64,000 nucleotides of DNA from Clostridia bacterium (lineage in GTDB: Bacteria; Bacillota; Clostridia; UMGS1883; UMGS1540), in assembly GCA_045592445.1 (NCBI GenBank), contig JAZNUV010000040.1:864-64863 (forward strand), written 5' to 3'. Positions 30,955 to 41,500 of the stretch are shown in pieces (the first letter of the stretch is position 1; each line of letters begins with the position of its first letter). Made by a program: the position numbers and the translations under genes. The notes beneath the pieces are model-generated. The model had not been told where the DNA came from, did not search any database, and saw nothing but the letters and a program-made list of their open reading frames with translations.

Positions 30955-32640
30955 TTGAACAGAACAGAAAAAGTATATGCTTTCTTAAAGAACCAAGCAA
31001 AAGTACCGCTTTTAGCAGACGAAATCGCATCTATGCTTTGTGTTCCTGCTTCGGAACGTGACTCTTTTTATGCTATATTAGATACACTGGTTACGGAAAA
31101 ACGCGTATATTGTCACAGCGGCAGATATAGCGTAGTCCAAAAACCTGATATCAATCGTTTTCTTTCTAATGTCTTTGCCGCACATGGTTTTCAAGCTACT
31201 TTTCCTGCTTCTGTACTGACTGCGGCACAAAAACTTCCCACCGAAGTGCATATCCCAAAAGGCAGACGTGACCTGCGTGATTTACTCACCTTTACAATTG
31301 ATGGCGCGGACGCACGCGATTTTGATGATGCGATTTCAATTGAAAAAACCGAAGTAGGATTTTGCCTTTATGTTCATATTGCGGATGTTTCACACTATGT
31401 TCAAAACAATGATATAATTGATAAAGAAGCCTATTTGCGCGGGACAAGTTGTTATTTACCTGACCGCGTTGCTCCCATGTTGCCACTACCGATTTCAAAC
31501 GGAATTTGCAGTTTGTCTCCGCATGTTGACAGACTTACAATTACAACGGTAATGCATATTGACCAAAACGGTATAGTTACAGATTTTGATGTCTTTGAAT
31601 CTGTAATCTGTTCCGATTATCGTCTTATATACGATGATGTTTCTGACATGCTTGCTAAAGATACATGTCCGCCTTCATACAGTGCTGTCTTTCCGGCCTT
31701 AAAGACACTGGCATCTTTATGCATTCTATTGCATGCAAATCGAAAAGCTGCAGGCAATTTGGAATTTAACATTCCTGAACCTATCCCTGTTTTGAATCAA
31801 GAAGGGCAAGTTACAGAAATCAAGTCCGAAGCAAACGGAATTGCCAATCAAATGATCGAAGATTGCATGGTGCTTTGCAATCAAGTTATTGCTGAATTTA
31901 TATATCACATAGATGCACCTTTTATTTATCGAGTGCATGAAGCACCCGACCGCGAGAAAACCGCACGTCTTACAAATCAGCTCGCTACTTTAAACATTCC
32001 TTTTTCCGGGAAAATATCTGCTGCAAAAGTAAATTCGATTATAGATAAAGTGCAGAATACACCCCGTGCATTCATTGTAAATACACTTTTATTACGCGCA
32101 ATGATGAAAGCAAAATACAGTCATGAAAATCTTGGCCATTTTGGTCTTGCACTCAAGTATTACTGTCATTTTACATCTCCGATACGTCGTTATCCGGATT
32201 TAATGTGTCATCGGGTTGTAAAAGCTATTTTGCACGGCGAAGATGCATCCAAATTTGCAAAGAAAATACGGTATGCTGCACAAGACGCATCAGAGCGCGA
32301 GGAACAAGCCGTCGAAGCTGAACGAGATGGGTTGCGTTTTTTCTCCTGTCTTTACATGGCTTCACACATTGGCGAAACATACTCTGCTGTTATCTCTTCT
32401 GTCTTGGATTTTGGTTTCTTTGTTACGCTGCCATTTCCTGTGGAAGGGCTTGTACATGTGAATACACTCTCGGATGATTATTATATTTTTGACGAAAATA
32501 ATGTGTCACTCTGCGGCAAGCATACAAAAAAGTGTTATCATCTCGGAGACGTTGTATATGTTCGTCTTGTAAATGTAGATTGTTCCCTTTTACACATAGA
32601 CTTTGTTTTAGTTGAAAACGATGGTGAGATTGGAGTTTAA
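30955..32640 (+). CDS. rnr: RNase II/R family 3'-5' exoribonuclease (compact RNase R: HTH + RNB + S1, no canonical cold-shock domains)
   Basis: TTG start 30955 with AAAGGAG RBS at 7-nt spacing; RNB motifs ([19 protein letters not shown]...[18 protein letters not shown]); C-terminal S1 domain; rnr-smpB adjacency. Confidence 0.85.
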   Translation: MNRTEKVYAFLKNQAKVPLLADEIASMLCVPASERDSFYAILDTLVTEKRVYCHSGRYSVVQKPDINRFLSNVFAAHGFQATFPASVLTAAQKLPTEVHIPKGRRDLRDLLTFTIDGADARDFDDAISIEKTEVGFCLYVHIADVSHYVQNNDIIDKEAYLRGTSCYLPDRVAPMLPLPISNGICSLSPHVDRLTITTVMHIDQNGIVTDFDVFESVICSDYRLIYDDVSDMLAKDTCPPSYSAVFPALKTLASLCILLHANRKAAGNLEFNIPEPIPVLNQEGQVTEIKSEANGIANQMIEDCMVLCNQVIAEFIYHIDAPFIYRVHEAPDREKTARLTNQLATLNIPFSGKISAAKVNSIIDKVQNTPRAFIVNTLLLRAMMKAKYSHENLGHFGLALKYYCHFTSPIRRYPDLMCHRVVKAILHGEDASKFAKKIRYAAQDASEREEQAVEAERDGLRFFSCLYMASHIGETYSAVISSVLDFGFFVTLPFPVEGLVHVNTLSDDYYIFDENNVSLCGKHTKKCYHLGDVVYVRLVNVDCSLLHIDFVLVENDGEIGV

Positions 32641-32641
32641 A

Positions 32642-33094
32642 ATGGAAAAAATAATTGCACAAAATAAAAAAGCAAGACATGATTTCTTTGTTGAAGAAAC
32701 CTTAGAAGCTGGCATTGTTTTATTTGGAACGGAAGTAAAATCTGTCCGTGGTGGCAAAGTATCTTTAAAGGATAGCTATGCCTCCGTAAAAAACAATGAG
32801 CTATATGTGCACGGTTTACATATCAGTCCATACGAACAAGGAAACATTTTTAATAAAGACCCGCTTCGAGACAGAAAACTCCTGATGCACAAAAAAGAAA
32901 TACGTCGTTTGCACGCCGCTGTCATGCAAAGCGGATACACCCTTGTTCCGCTTGATTTACATTGGAGTGGCTCAAATGTCAAGCTTTCGCTCGGTCTGTG
33001 CAAAGGCAAAAAACTATACGACAAGCGTGAAAGCGCCGCAAAACGTGACGCCATGCGAAACATGGATAGGATTTTAAAGGAGCGACAAGCATGA
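32642..33094 (+). CDS. smpB: SsrA-binding protein
   Basis: [12 protein letters not shown]...GTEVKS SmpB signature; starts 2 nt after the rnr stop. Confidence 0.95.
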   Translation: MEKIIAQNKKARHDFFVEETLEAGIVLFGTEVKSVRGGKVSLKDSYASVKNNELYVHGLHISPYEQGNIFNKDPLRDRKLLMHKKEIRRLHAAVMQSGYTLVPLDLHWSGSNVKLSLGLCKGKKLYDKRESAAKRDAMRNMDRILKERQA

Positions 33095-34398
33095 ACAAAG
33101 CGGTTGTATACTCAGTTTCACCTGATAGCGAAGCGCATGACGCAGGAATTGTGCCCGGTGACATCATTGAATCAGTTAATAACCATGTCCCCGCAGATGA
33201 ATTAGACTTTCGTTTTTACGCCTGTGCCGACACAGTCACCCTTCGCGTATTAAAAAAAGATAAAAGCCGGGAAATTATTGAATTTATTTCACCCGAAAGT
33301 CCTGACCTGGGTATTCGGTTTGAAAGTGCCTTGTTTGGTAATGCAAAACGCTGTTCTAACGCTTGCATATTTTGTTTTATAGATCAATTGCCCAGCGGAA
33401 TGCGCGATACACTTTATTTTAAGGACGATGACGCGCGTCTTTCCTTTCTTACAGGCAATTATGTCACGCTAACCAATCTTCGCGATTCGGATATAGATAA
33501 AATTATCAAAATGCGTCTTGAGCCAATCAACATCTCCATACATACAACTGACCCGGCGCTCCGATGTAAAATGCTCCGCAATCGACACGCCGGTCATGCA
33601 CTGCGCCACATGAAAAAACTCTATGACGGGCATATTCATATGAATGGTCAGATTGTTTTGGTTCGGGATGTAAACGATGGTGATGCACTCAATAAAACGT
33701 TACAGGACTTAACAGAATATAGTCCTTATTTAACAAGCGTTTCCGTAGTTCCGGTAGGAATTACGAAATATCGGGATGGTCTTTTTCCTCTCACCCCGTT
33801 TGATAAGGAAAGTGCATCGGATGTCCTTGATCAAATTGAAAATTGGCAAAAAAGATTTTTGAAGGAATTCGGCACGCGTTTTGTATATGCTGCAGATGAA
33901 TTTTATCTTTTAGCAGAACGCGATACCCCCAAAGAGGAAGAGTATGAAGGCTATGCACAAATTGAAAACGGCGTGGGTCTTTTGCGTAGTTTGGAAACAG
34001 AGTTTTTTGAGGCTATGGAACAAAAGCCGTCTTGTGATGGACGGAATATATCTATCGTAACCGGCAAAGCAGCCTATCCGCTAATGTTTCGGCTTTCCCA
34101 AGAGGCTATGCGACGACATCCCACATTATCCATTCGTGTATACGATATCACAAACCATTTTTTCGGAGAAAAAATCACGGTTGCCGGATTGATTACAGGA
34201 CAGGATATTGCATCACAGCTTGCAGGTGTATCGCTTGGAGATGCAGCATATATACCAGAAGTCATGTTAAGGGACAATACAGATGTATTTTTGGATGATA
34301 TGACTCTATCAGAGCTTTCAGAAAAATTACATGTGCCCTTCCATACTGTCAAATGTAATGGATATGATTTATGGGATAAACTCAGAAAGGAAGTATAA
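33091..34398 (+). CDS. DUF512 domain protein with N-terminal PDZ-like domain
   Basis: ATG 33091 with AAAGGAG RBS; Cys cluster CSNACIFCF; conserved position immediately upstream of der, as in Clostridia. Confidence 0.7.
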   Translation: MNKAVVYSVSPDSEAHDAGIVPGDIIESVNNHVPADELDFRFYACADTVTLRVLKKDKSREIIEFISPESPDLGIRFESALFGNAKRCSNACIFCFIDQLPSGMRDTLYFKDDDARLSFLTGNYVTLTNLRDSDIDKIIKMRLEPINISIHTTDPALRCKMLRNRHAGHALRHMKKLYDGHIHMNGQIVLVRDVNDGDALNKTLQDLTEYSPYLTSVSVVPVGITKYRDGLFPLTPFDKESASDVLDQIENWQKRFLKEFGTRFVYAADEFYLLAERDTPKEEEYEGYAQIENGVGLLRSLETEFFEAMEQKPSCDGRNISIVTGKAAYPLMFRLSQEAMRRHPTLSIRVYDITNHFFGEKITVAGLITGQDIASQLAGVSLGDAAYIPEVMLRDNTDVFLDDMTLSELSEKLHVPFHTVKCNGYDLWDKLRKEV

Positions 34399-34399
34399 T

Positions 34400-35725
34400 A
34401 TGACAAAACCAATTATAGCCGTTGTCGGCCGTCCGAATGTCGGTAAATCTACTTTATTTAATAAAATAATCGGGCAACGTCTTTCTATTGTTGAAGATAC
34501 CCCTGGTATTACACGTGATAGAATTTACGCTGATGCAGAATGGTTCGGACACAGTTTTTCCATTATTGATACCGGCGGCATAGAACCTGCCGGCAAGGAT
34601 ATAATTTTAAAAGAAATGCGTTTGCAGGCACAACTTGCTATTGATTCGGCCGATGTTATTTTATTTGTAACAAATCTGCACGAGGGTGTGACTGCAAATG
34701 ATGCAGACATTGCATCAATCTTGCAAAAATCAGGCAAGCCCGTACTTTTGGTTGTAAATAAAGCTGATGCGCCCGGCGAAACGCCTGTTGGAGCTTATGA
34801 ATTTTATACGCTGGGACTTGGCGACCCCTACCCCGTTTCCTCCCTTCACGGCATGGGCGTTGGCGATGTATTGGAAGCGGCAATATCATATTTCCCGTCG
34901 CAAGAAGAAAATAATGAGGACGCAGATACCATTCGTGTCGCCATCGTCGGAAAGCCGAATGCAGGAAAAAGTTCCCTCGTTAATCATATTCTTGGCGAAA
35001 ACCGCATGATTGTCAGTGACATTCCCGGCACGACGCGTGATGCAATTGATAGTCATGTATTGCGTGATGGTCAGCGTTTTACGCTCATTGATACTGCAGG
35101 TATGCGCCGCAAGAACAAGGTAGATGATACAATTGAACGATACAGTGTGATGCGTTCTCTAGCGGCAGTAGAACGATGCGATGTTGCGATATTGATGATT
35201 GATGCACATACAGGAATCAGTGAACAGGATGCAAAAATTGCAGGCTATGTGCATGAGGCAGGAAAATCCTGTATTATTGCTGTTAATAAATGGGACTTAA
35301 TTGAAAAGGATACCAAAACAATGCAAACCTTTCAAAATGAGGTTTATGATACGTTAAGTTTTATGACCTACGCACCTATGCTCTTTATTTCAGCAAAAAC
35401 CGGACAACGTACAGAAAAACTTTTCCCGCTCATTAAATCCGTTTTTGCACAAAATTGTATGCGGATAACAACAGGCATGCTAAACGAGGTATTGACGGAT
35501 GCCGTAGAAAAGGTGCAGCCACCCTCTGATAAAGGTAAACGCTTAAAGATTTTTTACGGAACACAAGGTGGTATTCAACCCCCAACATTTGTGCTTTTTG
35601 TAAACGACCGTGAACTTGCTCACTTTTCCTATATTCGATATTTGGAAAATCGGATTCGTGAAACATTTGGTCTTACCGGCACGCCCGTTCGTTTTATTAT
35701 CAGACAACGGAATGAAAAACAATAA
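34400..35725 (+). CDS. der: ribosome biogenesis GTPase Der (EngA)
   Basis: Two GTPase domains, each with GRPNVGKS/GKPNAGKS P-loops and DTAG motifs, plus C-terminal KH-like domain. Confidence 0.95.
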   Translation: MTKPIIAVVGRPNVGKSTLFNKIIGQRLSIVEDTPGITRDRIYADAEWFGHSFSIIDTGGIEPAGKDIILKEMRLQAQLAIDSADVILFVTNLHEGVTANDADIASILQKSGKPVLLVVNKADAPGETPVGAYEFYTLGLGDPYPVSSLHGMGVGDVLEAAISYFPSQEENNEDADTIRVAIVGKPNAGKSSLVNHILGENRMIVSDIPGTTRDAIDSHVLRDGQRFTLIDTAGMRRKNKVDDTIERYSVMRSLAAVERCDVAILMIDAHTGISEQDAKIAGYVHEAGKSCIIAVNKWDLIEKDTKTMQTFQNEVYDTLSFMTYAPMLFISAKTGQRTEKLFPLIKSVFAQNCMRITTGMLNEVLTDAVEKVQPPSDKGKRLKIFYGTQGGIQPPTFVLFVNDRELAHFSYIRYLENRIRETFGLTGTPVRFIIRQRNEKQ

Positions 35726-35755
35726 CACATTTATAAAGAAAGGTTGTAACAAAAC

Positions 35756-36334
35756 ATGCCATATATAATTTGTGCTATATTCGGCTATCTCCTTGGGAGC
35801 ATAAATGCCTCCGTTATCTATTCGCATTTTAAAGGACGTGATATTCGCACTGTCGGCAGCGGAAATGCAGGGGCAACAAACACCTTGCGTACGTTCGGAA
35901 AAAAGGCGGCACTTTTTGTCGTTTTTGTAGATATTCTAAAAGGTGTTATAGCCGTTTTGCTCGCGCGTACCTTCGGTAATACATATTGTGCCTATTGCGC
36001 AGGATTTGCAGCAATACTTGGTCATAATTTTCCGCTTTATTTTGGTTTTCGCGGCGGAAAAGGTATCATTACGTCTCTTGCCGTTATGTGCATGACGGCA
36101 CCCCAAGAGGCGTTCATTGCACTTTTTGCAGCAATTCTTGTTATAGCCGTGACGCGCTACGTCTCACTCGGGTCAGTTTTGGGTTCACTCCTCTTTGGTA
36201 TTCTCTCAATTATTCGCTCGCAGGACATATACTTTACAGTCTTTGTTGTTCTTGTTGTTTTATTGGCTATCATTCGTCACCATTCAAATATCAGTCGCCT
36301 TATACGCGGCACAGAAAGGAAGCTCGGAAAATGA
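35756..36334 (+). CDS. plsY: glycerol-3-phosphate acyltransferase PlsY
   Basis: LGSINASVIYS...GSGNAGATN signature; multi-TM. Confidence 0.95.
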   Translation: MPYIICAIFGYLLGSINASVIYSHFKGRDIRTVGSGNAGATNTLRTFGKKAALFVVFVDILKGVIAVLLARTFGNTYCAYCAGFAAILGHNFPLYFGFRGGKGIITSLAVMCMTAPQEAFIALFAAILVIAVTRYVSLGSVLGSLLFGILSIIRSQDIYFTVFVVLVVLLAIIRHHSNISRLIRGTERKLGK

Positions 36335-37323
36335 AAATATCAATTATCGGTTCCGGCGGTTGGGGCACAGCGATTGCTTCACTGCTTTGCCAAAACGAAC
36401 ATGACGTAACGCTTTGGTCATGGAAAAAAGAAGAAAGTGAGGCATTGGCACTTCATCATGAAAATAAAGAATTTCTTCCTGGTATAAAACTATCGGAAAG
36501 TATTTCATTTACAGATAATCTTGCTTGCGTTGCTACAGCAGAAATGGTTGTAATCGCAACGCCTTCAAAAGCATTAGAAAATACTGTACAAGCATTTTCG
36601 TCCCATCTTTCTCCAAATACGATTTTAGTAAATCTCACAAAAGGATTATGTGAAAACACATTGGAACGCTTTAGCGAGGTTATCGCACGTATATGCCCCC
36701 ATAATCCTATTGTTGTACTCAGTGGCCCATCGCACGCAGAAGAAGTTGGTAAAAAAATACCGACTGCAGTTGTTGCTGCTTCCGCAGATATAGCTGCCGC
36801 CAAGCTTGTTCAAGATGCTTTTATGACACCATCTTTCCGTGTGTATACGGCGTCAGATGTTGTAGGTGTTGAGCTCGGTGCTGCACTCAAAAATGTAATT
36901 GCACTTTGTGCCGGTATTATGGACGGGCTTGGGCTCGGTGATAATACTAAAGCCGCCCTTATGACACGCGGTCTTTCCGAAATGATGAGACTGGGTGTTT
37001 CCATGGGGGCAGATGCTTCAACCTTTTCGGGGCTTTCCGGCATTGGGGATTTAATCGTCACTTGCACGAGTATGCACAGCAGGAACCGACGTGCCGGCAT
37101 CTTAATCGGGCAAGGGAAAACAGCCGAAGAGGCCATTGCAGAAGTACATATGGTTGTGGAGGGCTATTATGCAGCCAAGAGCGCCTATGCACTTTCTAAA
37201 AAATACAATGTAGATATGCCCATTGCGCATGCTGCATATAGCGTTCTTTTCGAAAATGCATCCCCTGCCGATGCCGTCAAAACATTGATGACACGAGAAA
37301 AAAAATCAGAAGCAGAATTTTAA
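36331..37323 (+). CDS. gpsA: NAD(P)H-dependent glycerol-3-phosphate dehydrogenase
   Basis: MKISIIGSGGWGTA Rossmann start; ATGA overlap with plsY. Confidence 0.95.
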   Translation: MKISIIGSGGWGTAIASLLCQNEHDVTLWSWKKEESEALALHHENKEFLPGIKLSESISFTDNLACVATAEMVVIATPSKALENTVQAFSSHLSPNTILVNLTKGLCENTLERFSEVIARICPHNPIVVLSGPSHAEEVGKKIPTAVVAASADIAAAKLVQDAFMTPSFRVYTASDVVGVELGAALKNVIALCAGIMDGLGLGDNTKAALMTRGLSEMMRLGVSMGADASTFSGLSGIGDLIVTCTSMHSRNRRAGILIGQGKTAEEAIAEVHMVVEGYYAAKSAYALSKKYNVDMPIAHAAYSVLFENASPADAVKTLMTREKKSEAEF

Positions 37324-37357
37324 GAATGATCAAGATACAAATTAAAATTTTTACAGA

Positions 37358-37398
37358 AAAAAGAACCTTCAAATTTCTAATTTGAAGGTTCTTTTATT
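37358..37398. terminator. bidirectional intrinsic terminator between gpsA and fba
   Basis: GAACCTTCAAA / TTTGAAGGTTC 11-bp stem flanked by an A-run (5') and TTTTATT (3'), so it can act on both strands. Confidence 0.7.
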
Positions 37399-37407
37399 GT
37401 AAGTTAA

Positions 37408-38355
37408 TTATTTCAGTTCAGAAGCTTTGCCGTTACAGCCAAGAACATTAACCAGCTTATGCTTTACAAGACCTTTAATAGCTTCACGTGCAGGTTTCAA
37501 GTACTGTCTCGGATCAAAATGGTCGGGGCTTTCTGCAAAATGCTTACGGATGCTGCCTGTCATTGCAAGACGAAGGTCAGAGTCAATATTGATTTTGCAA
37601 ACGCTCATGGAAGCAGCTTTACGAAGCATGTCCTCAGGAATACCAATTGCATCGGGCATTTTACCGCCGTTTGCATTGATCATTTCTACAAATTCCGGAA
37701 TAACAGAAGAAGCACCATGCAAAACGATCGGGAAACCGGGCAGCTTTTCGCTTACTTTTTCGAGAATATCAAAACGAAGTTGCGGCTTCTGACCGGGCTT
37801 AAATTTATAAGCACCATGGCTTGTACCAATTGCAATCGCCAAAGAGTCAACACCTGTGCGCTCTACAAATTCGATAACCTGAGCAGGGTCAGTATAGGAA
37901 GCATCTTCTGCGGAAACATTTACTGCATCCTCAATGCCGGCCAAACGACCAAGTTCACCTTCTACAACAACACCCTTATCGTGTGCATATTCAACAACCT
38001 GTTTTGTCAATTTAATATTATCTTCAAAACTATGATGTGAGCCGTCAATCATTACAGAAGTAAAACCGCCGTCGATACAGGATTTGCAAAGTTCAAATGT
38101 ATCACCATGGTCAAGGTGTACACAGATGGGCAAATCTGTTTCGATGATTGCAGCCTCAATCAGTTTCATGAGATATGTGTGGTTTGCGTACTTACGTGCG
38201 CCTGCGGAAACCTGGAGAATTAAGGGTGCATCTTCTTCTTTTGCAGCCTCTGTAATCCCCTGGATGATTTCCATGTTGTTCACGTTGAAAGCACCGATTG
38301 CGTAGCCGCCGTCATATGCTTTTTTGAACATTTCCTTTGATGTTACTAATGCCAT
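37408..38355 (-). CDS. fba: class II fructose-1,6-bisphosphate aldolase
   Basis: 315 aa, class II aldolase pattern (GAFNVNNME...HLDHG...EGELG). Confidence 0.95.
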   Translation of the reverse strand: MALVTSKEMFKKAYDGGYAIGAFNVNNMEIIQGITEAAKEEDAPLILQVSAGARKYANHTYLMKLIEAAIIETDLPICVHLDHGDTFELCKSCIDGGFTSVMIDGSHHSFEDNIKLTKQVVEYAHDKGVVVEGELGRLAGIEDAVNVSAEDASYTDPAQVIEFVERTGVDSLAIAIGTSHGAYKFKPGQKPQLRFDILEKVSEKLPGFPIVLHGASSVIPEFVEMINANGGKMPDAIGIPEDMLRKAASMSVCKINIDSDLRLAMTGSIRKHFAESPDHFDPRQYLKPAREAIKGLVKHKLVNVLGCNGKASELK

Positions 38356-38569
38356 TTAAAATCTCTCCCTTTCCATATCATTATGCATTTTATAATATCA
38401 TACCATACTTTGTAAGTCAAGATAAAATTGCATATTTTTTCAAAAAAAAATAAAGATTTTTTCTATATTTTATGTGTATCGTTTAAAACAAGTAGATTTT
38501 TATTTATTTTTGTATTTTCTTATATCAATCGGAAACACTATAGTATACTACTGCATTTTGGGAGGAACT

Positions 38570-41500
38570 ATGAGACAAAGCATTAAAAAAAGTTTTTTTC
38601 AAATCAAAAAAACATATTTATCACTAAAAACCGAAAACAAAACAATGAAATCAGGCTCAGATGCCGAATGGCTTTCTGATAATTTCTATATTTTTGAACA
38701 GGAATATCTGGCAGTAAAAACCATACATCCAAAAGGTTTAAATGCTAAAAAAGCAGTCCAAACCATGTCCAGATTTATTGAATCTTTTTTTGCAAAGCAT
38801 GATTATCTTTTAGAGGAAAGTTCGTTAAAATCCGCGCTTGATGAAGCACAAAAAACATCATATTTCTCCTCCTGTGCACTACGTATGCTTCCTTATTGCA
38901 TACGTAAAGCCCTTCTGACGCGGGCAGCAGTTTTATGCCGTACGCCGCAAAAGGACGGATTGTTTAAAAATATAATTTTCTCTTTCCTTGCACTCCGTAA
39001 TATCAATATGGAAAAGATTTTTGCTTCGCATTCTGTCGTTGATTCCATATTCTCCACTGATTTAATATATGAAGAAATGACAGAAAACACAAAAGAAACC
39101 TATCGAAAAATTATAACAAATCTTGCTTTGAAAAGTAAAAAAAGCGAACATGATGTAGCCAACGCCGTAGTATCCTTAACAAAAAAGAAAAAAGGGTCTG
39201 CAGCACACGTTGGCTTTTTTCTGATTGGTAACGGCAGAGATGAATTGCAGGATGTTCTTCATTTGAAACGGCAAAAAAAAATAAACAAGTCACTCATATA
39301 CATTCTGTCTGTTCTTTCCCTTACGCTTTTAACGGGTCTTTCTCTTTTTTATATAACAAGGCAAATACTATGGACGCTTTTATCTTTGATTCCCATTTCT
39401 GAAATTATAGTCACTCTTTTACAGTATGTTGTACTAAAATCAACACCTGTGCGCGAACTGCCGGCAATCAAATCAGAAAATTGTGTTTCTGAACCCGTTC
39501 TTATTGTGTACCCTACTCTTCTTTCCTCTGCAAAAAAAGCTGAAGAAATGGCAAAAAAACTGGAAACTGCATATCTTGCAAATTGCAATCATAATCTTCA
39601 TTTTGCAATTTTAGGTGATTTTAAAGATGCAAATGAGAAAAACGAGGATACCGCTATACCGAATGCTGCCTCAAACGCCATCCGTAATCTGAATGCACAA
39701 TATGGTGACCGCTTTTATTTTCTGCATCGATCACAAGTTTACAGTAAAGCACAAAAAAAGTGGATGGGATGGGAGCGAAAACGTGGTGCGCTTTCGGATT
39801 TAAACAATTTTTTACGTGGAGAATATACATTTGAGTACACAGAAGGACGTATACAAAATCTCCAAAATCTCCAAAATATAAACTATGTTTTAACGCTTGA
39901 CGATGATACACTTCTACCGCCGGATTCCGTTACACGCCTTTTAGGCATTGCCCTGCATCCGCTTAATAAGCCAATTATACAAAATGGCATTGTAACAAAT
40001 GGCTATGGTATTATTCAGCCTCGCATCTGTGTTCGCATTGAAAGTGCATGGAAAACCTTATTTTCACGTATATTCGCAGGGCAAGGCGGAATCGATACCT
40101 ATCACACGTCTGTATCTGAATTTTACATGGATTTATTTGGTGAGACTGTTTTTACAGGGAAAGGTCTTTATCATGTAGATACATTCCGAAAGTGCATGTC
40201 TATCCCACCTGATACGGTTTTAAGCCATGACCTTTTAGAAGGCAACTATGTCCGTTGTGCATTGGCATCTGATGTACAAGTTTTCGACGGATTCCCGCAC
40301 CGATTCCCTGCGTATGTAATTCGCCAACATCGTTGGATTCGCGGTGATTGGCAAATTATGCCGTGGTTATTTAAATTTGTACGGACTGAAAATGGCGATA
40401 AGGTTAAAAACCCACTGTCGGTTCTGTCTAAATGGAAAATATTTGAGAATTTACGGCGTAGTGTTACACCGATTTTTCAACTTATACTCATCTTATTTGG
40501 GAATCCGCTCTCGGTTCTCACTGCATTTGCCTCTCTCCTTTTTCCAATGCTTTTATACTGTATCGATGCAATCTTACAAAAAAGCTTTTTGTATATGGGA
40601 GAAAAGATATACACTTTCCTCATCTATGGATTTCGAGGCATTCTTTATCAATTCACGCTTTCCGTTGCCTTTCTTGCACAAAACGCGTATTATGCATTTC
40701 ATGCAGTTGTAACAGGCATTTATCGCACAATTACTCATAAAAAAACATTGGAATGGGTAACTGCTGCAGATGCAGATACAAACGGTATTTTTACCCTTGC
40801 CTCCTCCTGCATTTTTATGCTACCTTCTGTTGTTATTGGTCTTATATGCCTTCTTTTGGTTTTAAATGGTTTTTTTGAGAGCGGCATTAAACTTATACTT
40901 GGCATAGTTTTTATTATTGCGCCCGTCCTTCTCTATATTACCGGACAGGAAAGCGAAACGAAAACGCCCGTACTTTCAAAAAAAAGAGAGATGCTTTTAC
41001 GCGAAACTGCAAAGCACACTTGGAATTTCTTTCGGGATTATATGACAGAAGAAGACCATTTTTTACCTCCCGACAATATACAAATAAAACCATATAAAGG
41101 AATTGCGCACAGAACAAGTCCGACCAACATTGGATTTGGTATGATTGCATGTCTTTGTGCCTATCATCTTTCATTTATCACAGCACAGGAACTGGAAACA
41201 CGACTTACAAGAACCATTGATACAATTGAATCTCTTGACAAATGGAAGGGGCATTTGTATAACTGGTATGACACAAAAACGCTTTCTCCACTCTCTCCGC
41301 GTTATATTTCCACTGTGGACAGCGGCAATTTCGTTTGCTATTTAATTGTCGTAATGATGGGGATTTCCTCTATATTTGACAAATCACATCCCCTTATAAA
41401 ACGACTGCAACGCTTAATTGAAAATACAAATTTTATCCCGCTTTATAATGCAAAGAAAAATCTTTTTGCCATTGGTTTTTCGGTTGACGAAAACAAGCTT

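Noticed and set aside
30855-31061. 68-aa plus-strand ORF between secG and rnr
   Set aside because: It overlaps the secG terminator and the RBS-supported rnr start, and is not coding.
33095-33400. tmRNA (ssrA) expected downstream of smpB
   Set aside because: The region is occupied by the DUF512 protein gene with a good RBS, and no tRNA-like structure is present.
38474-38569. N-terminal extension of the giant ORF in the ORF track (MYRLKQVDFY...)
   Set aside because: The extension begins on GTG with no RBS. A GGGAGGA RBS 7 nt upstream of ATG 38570 marks the real start.
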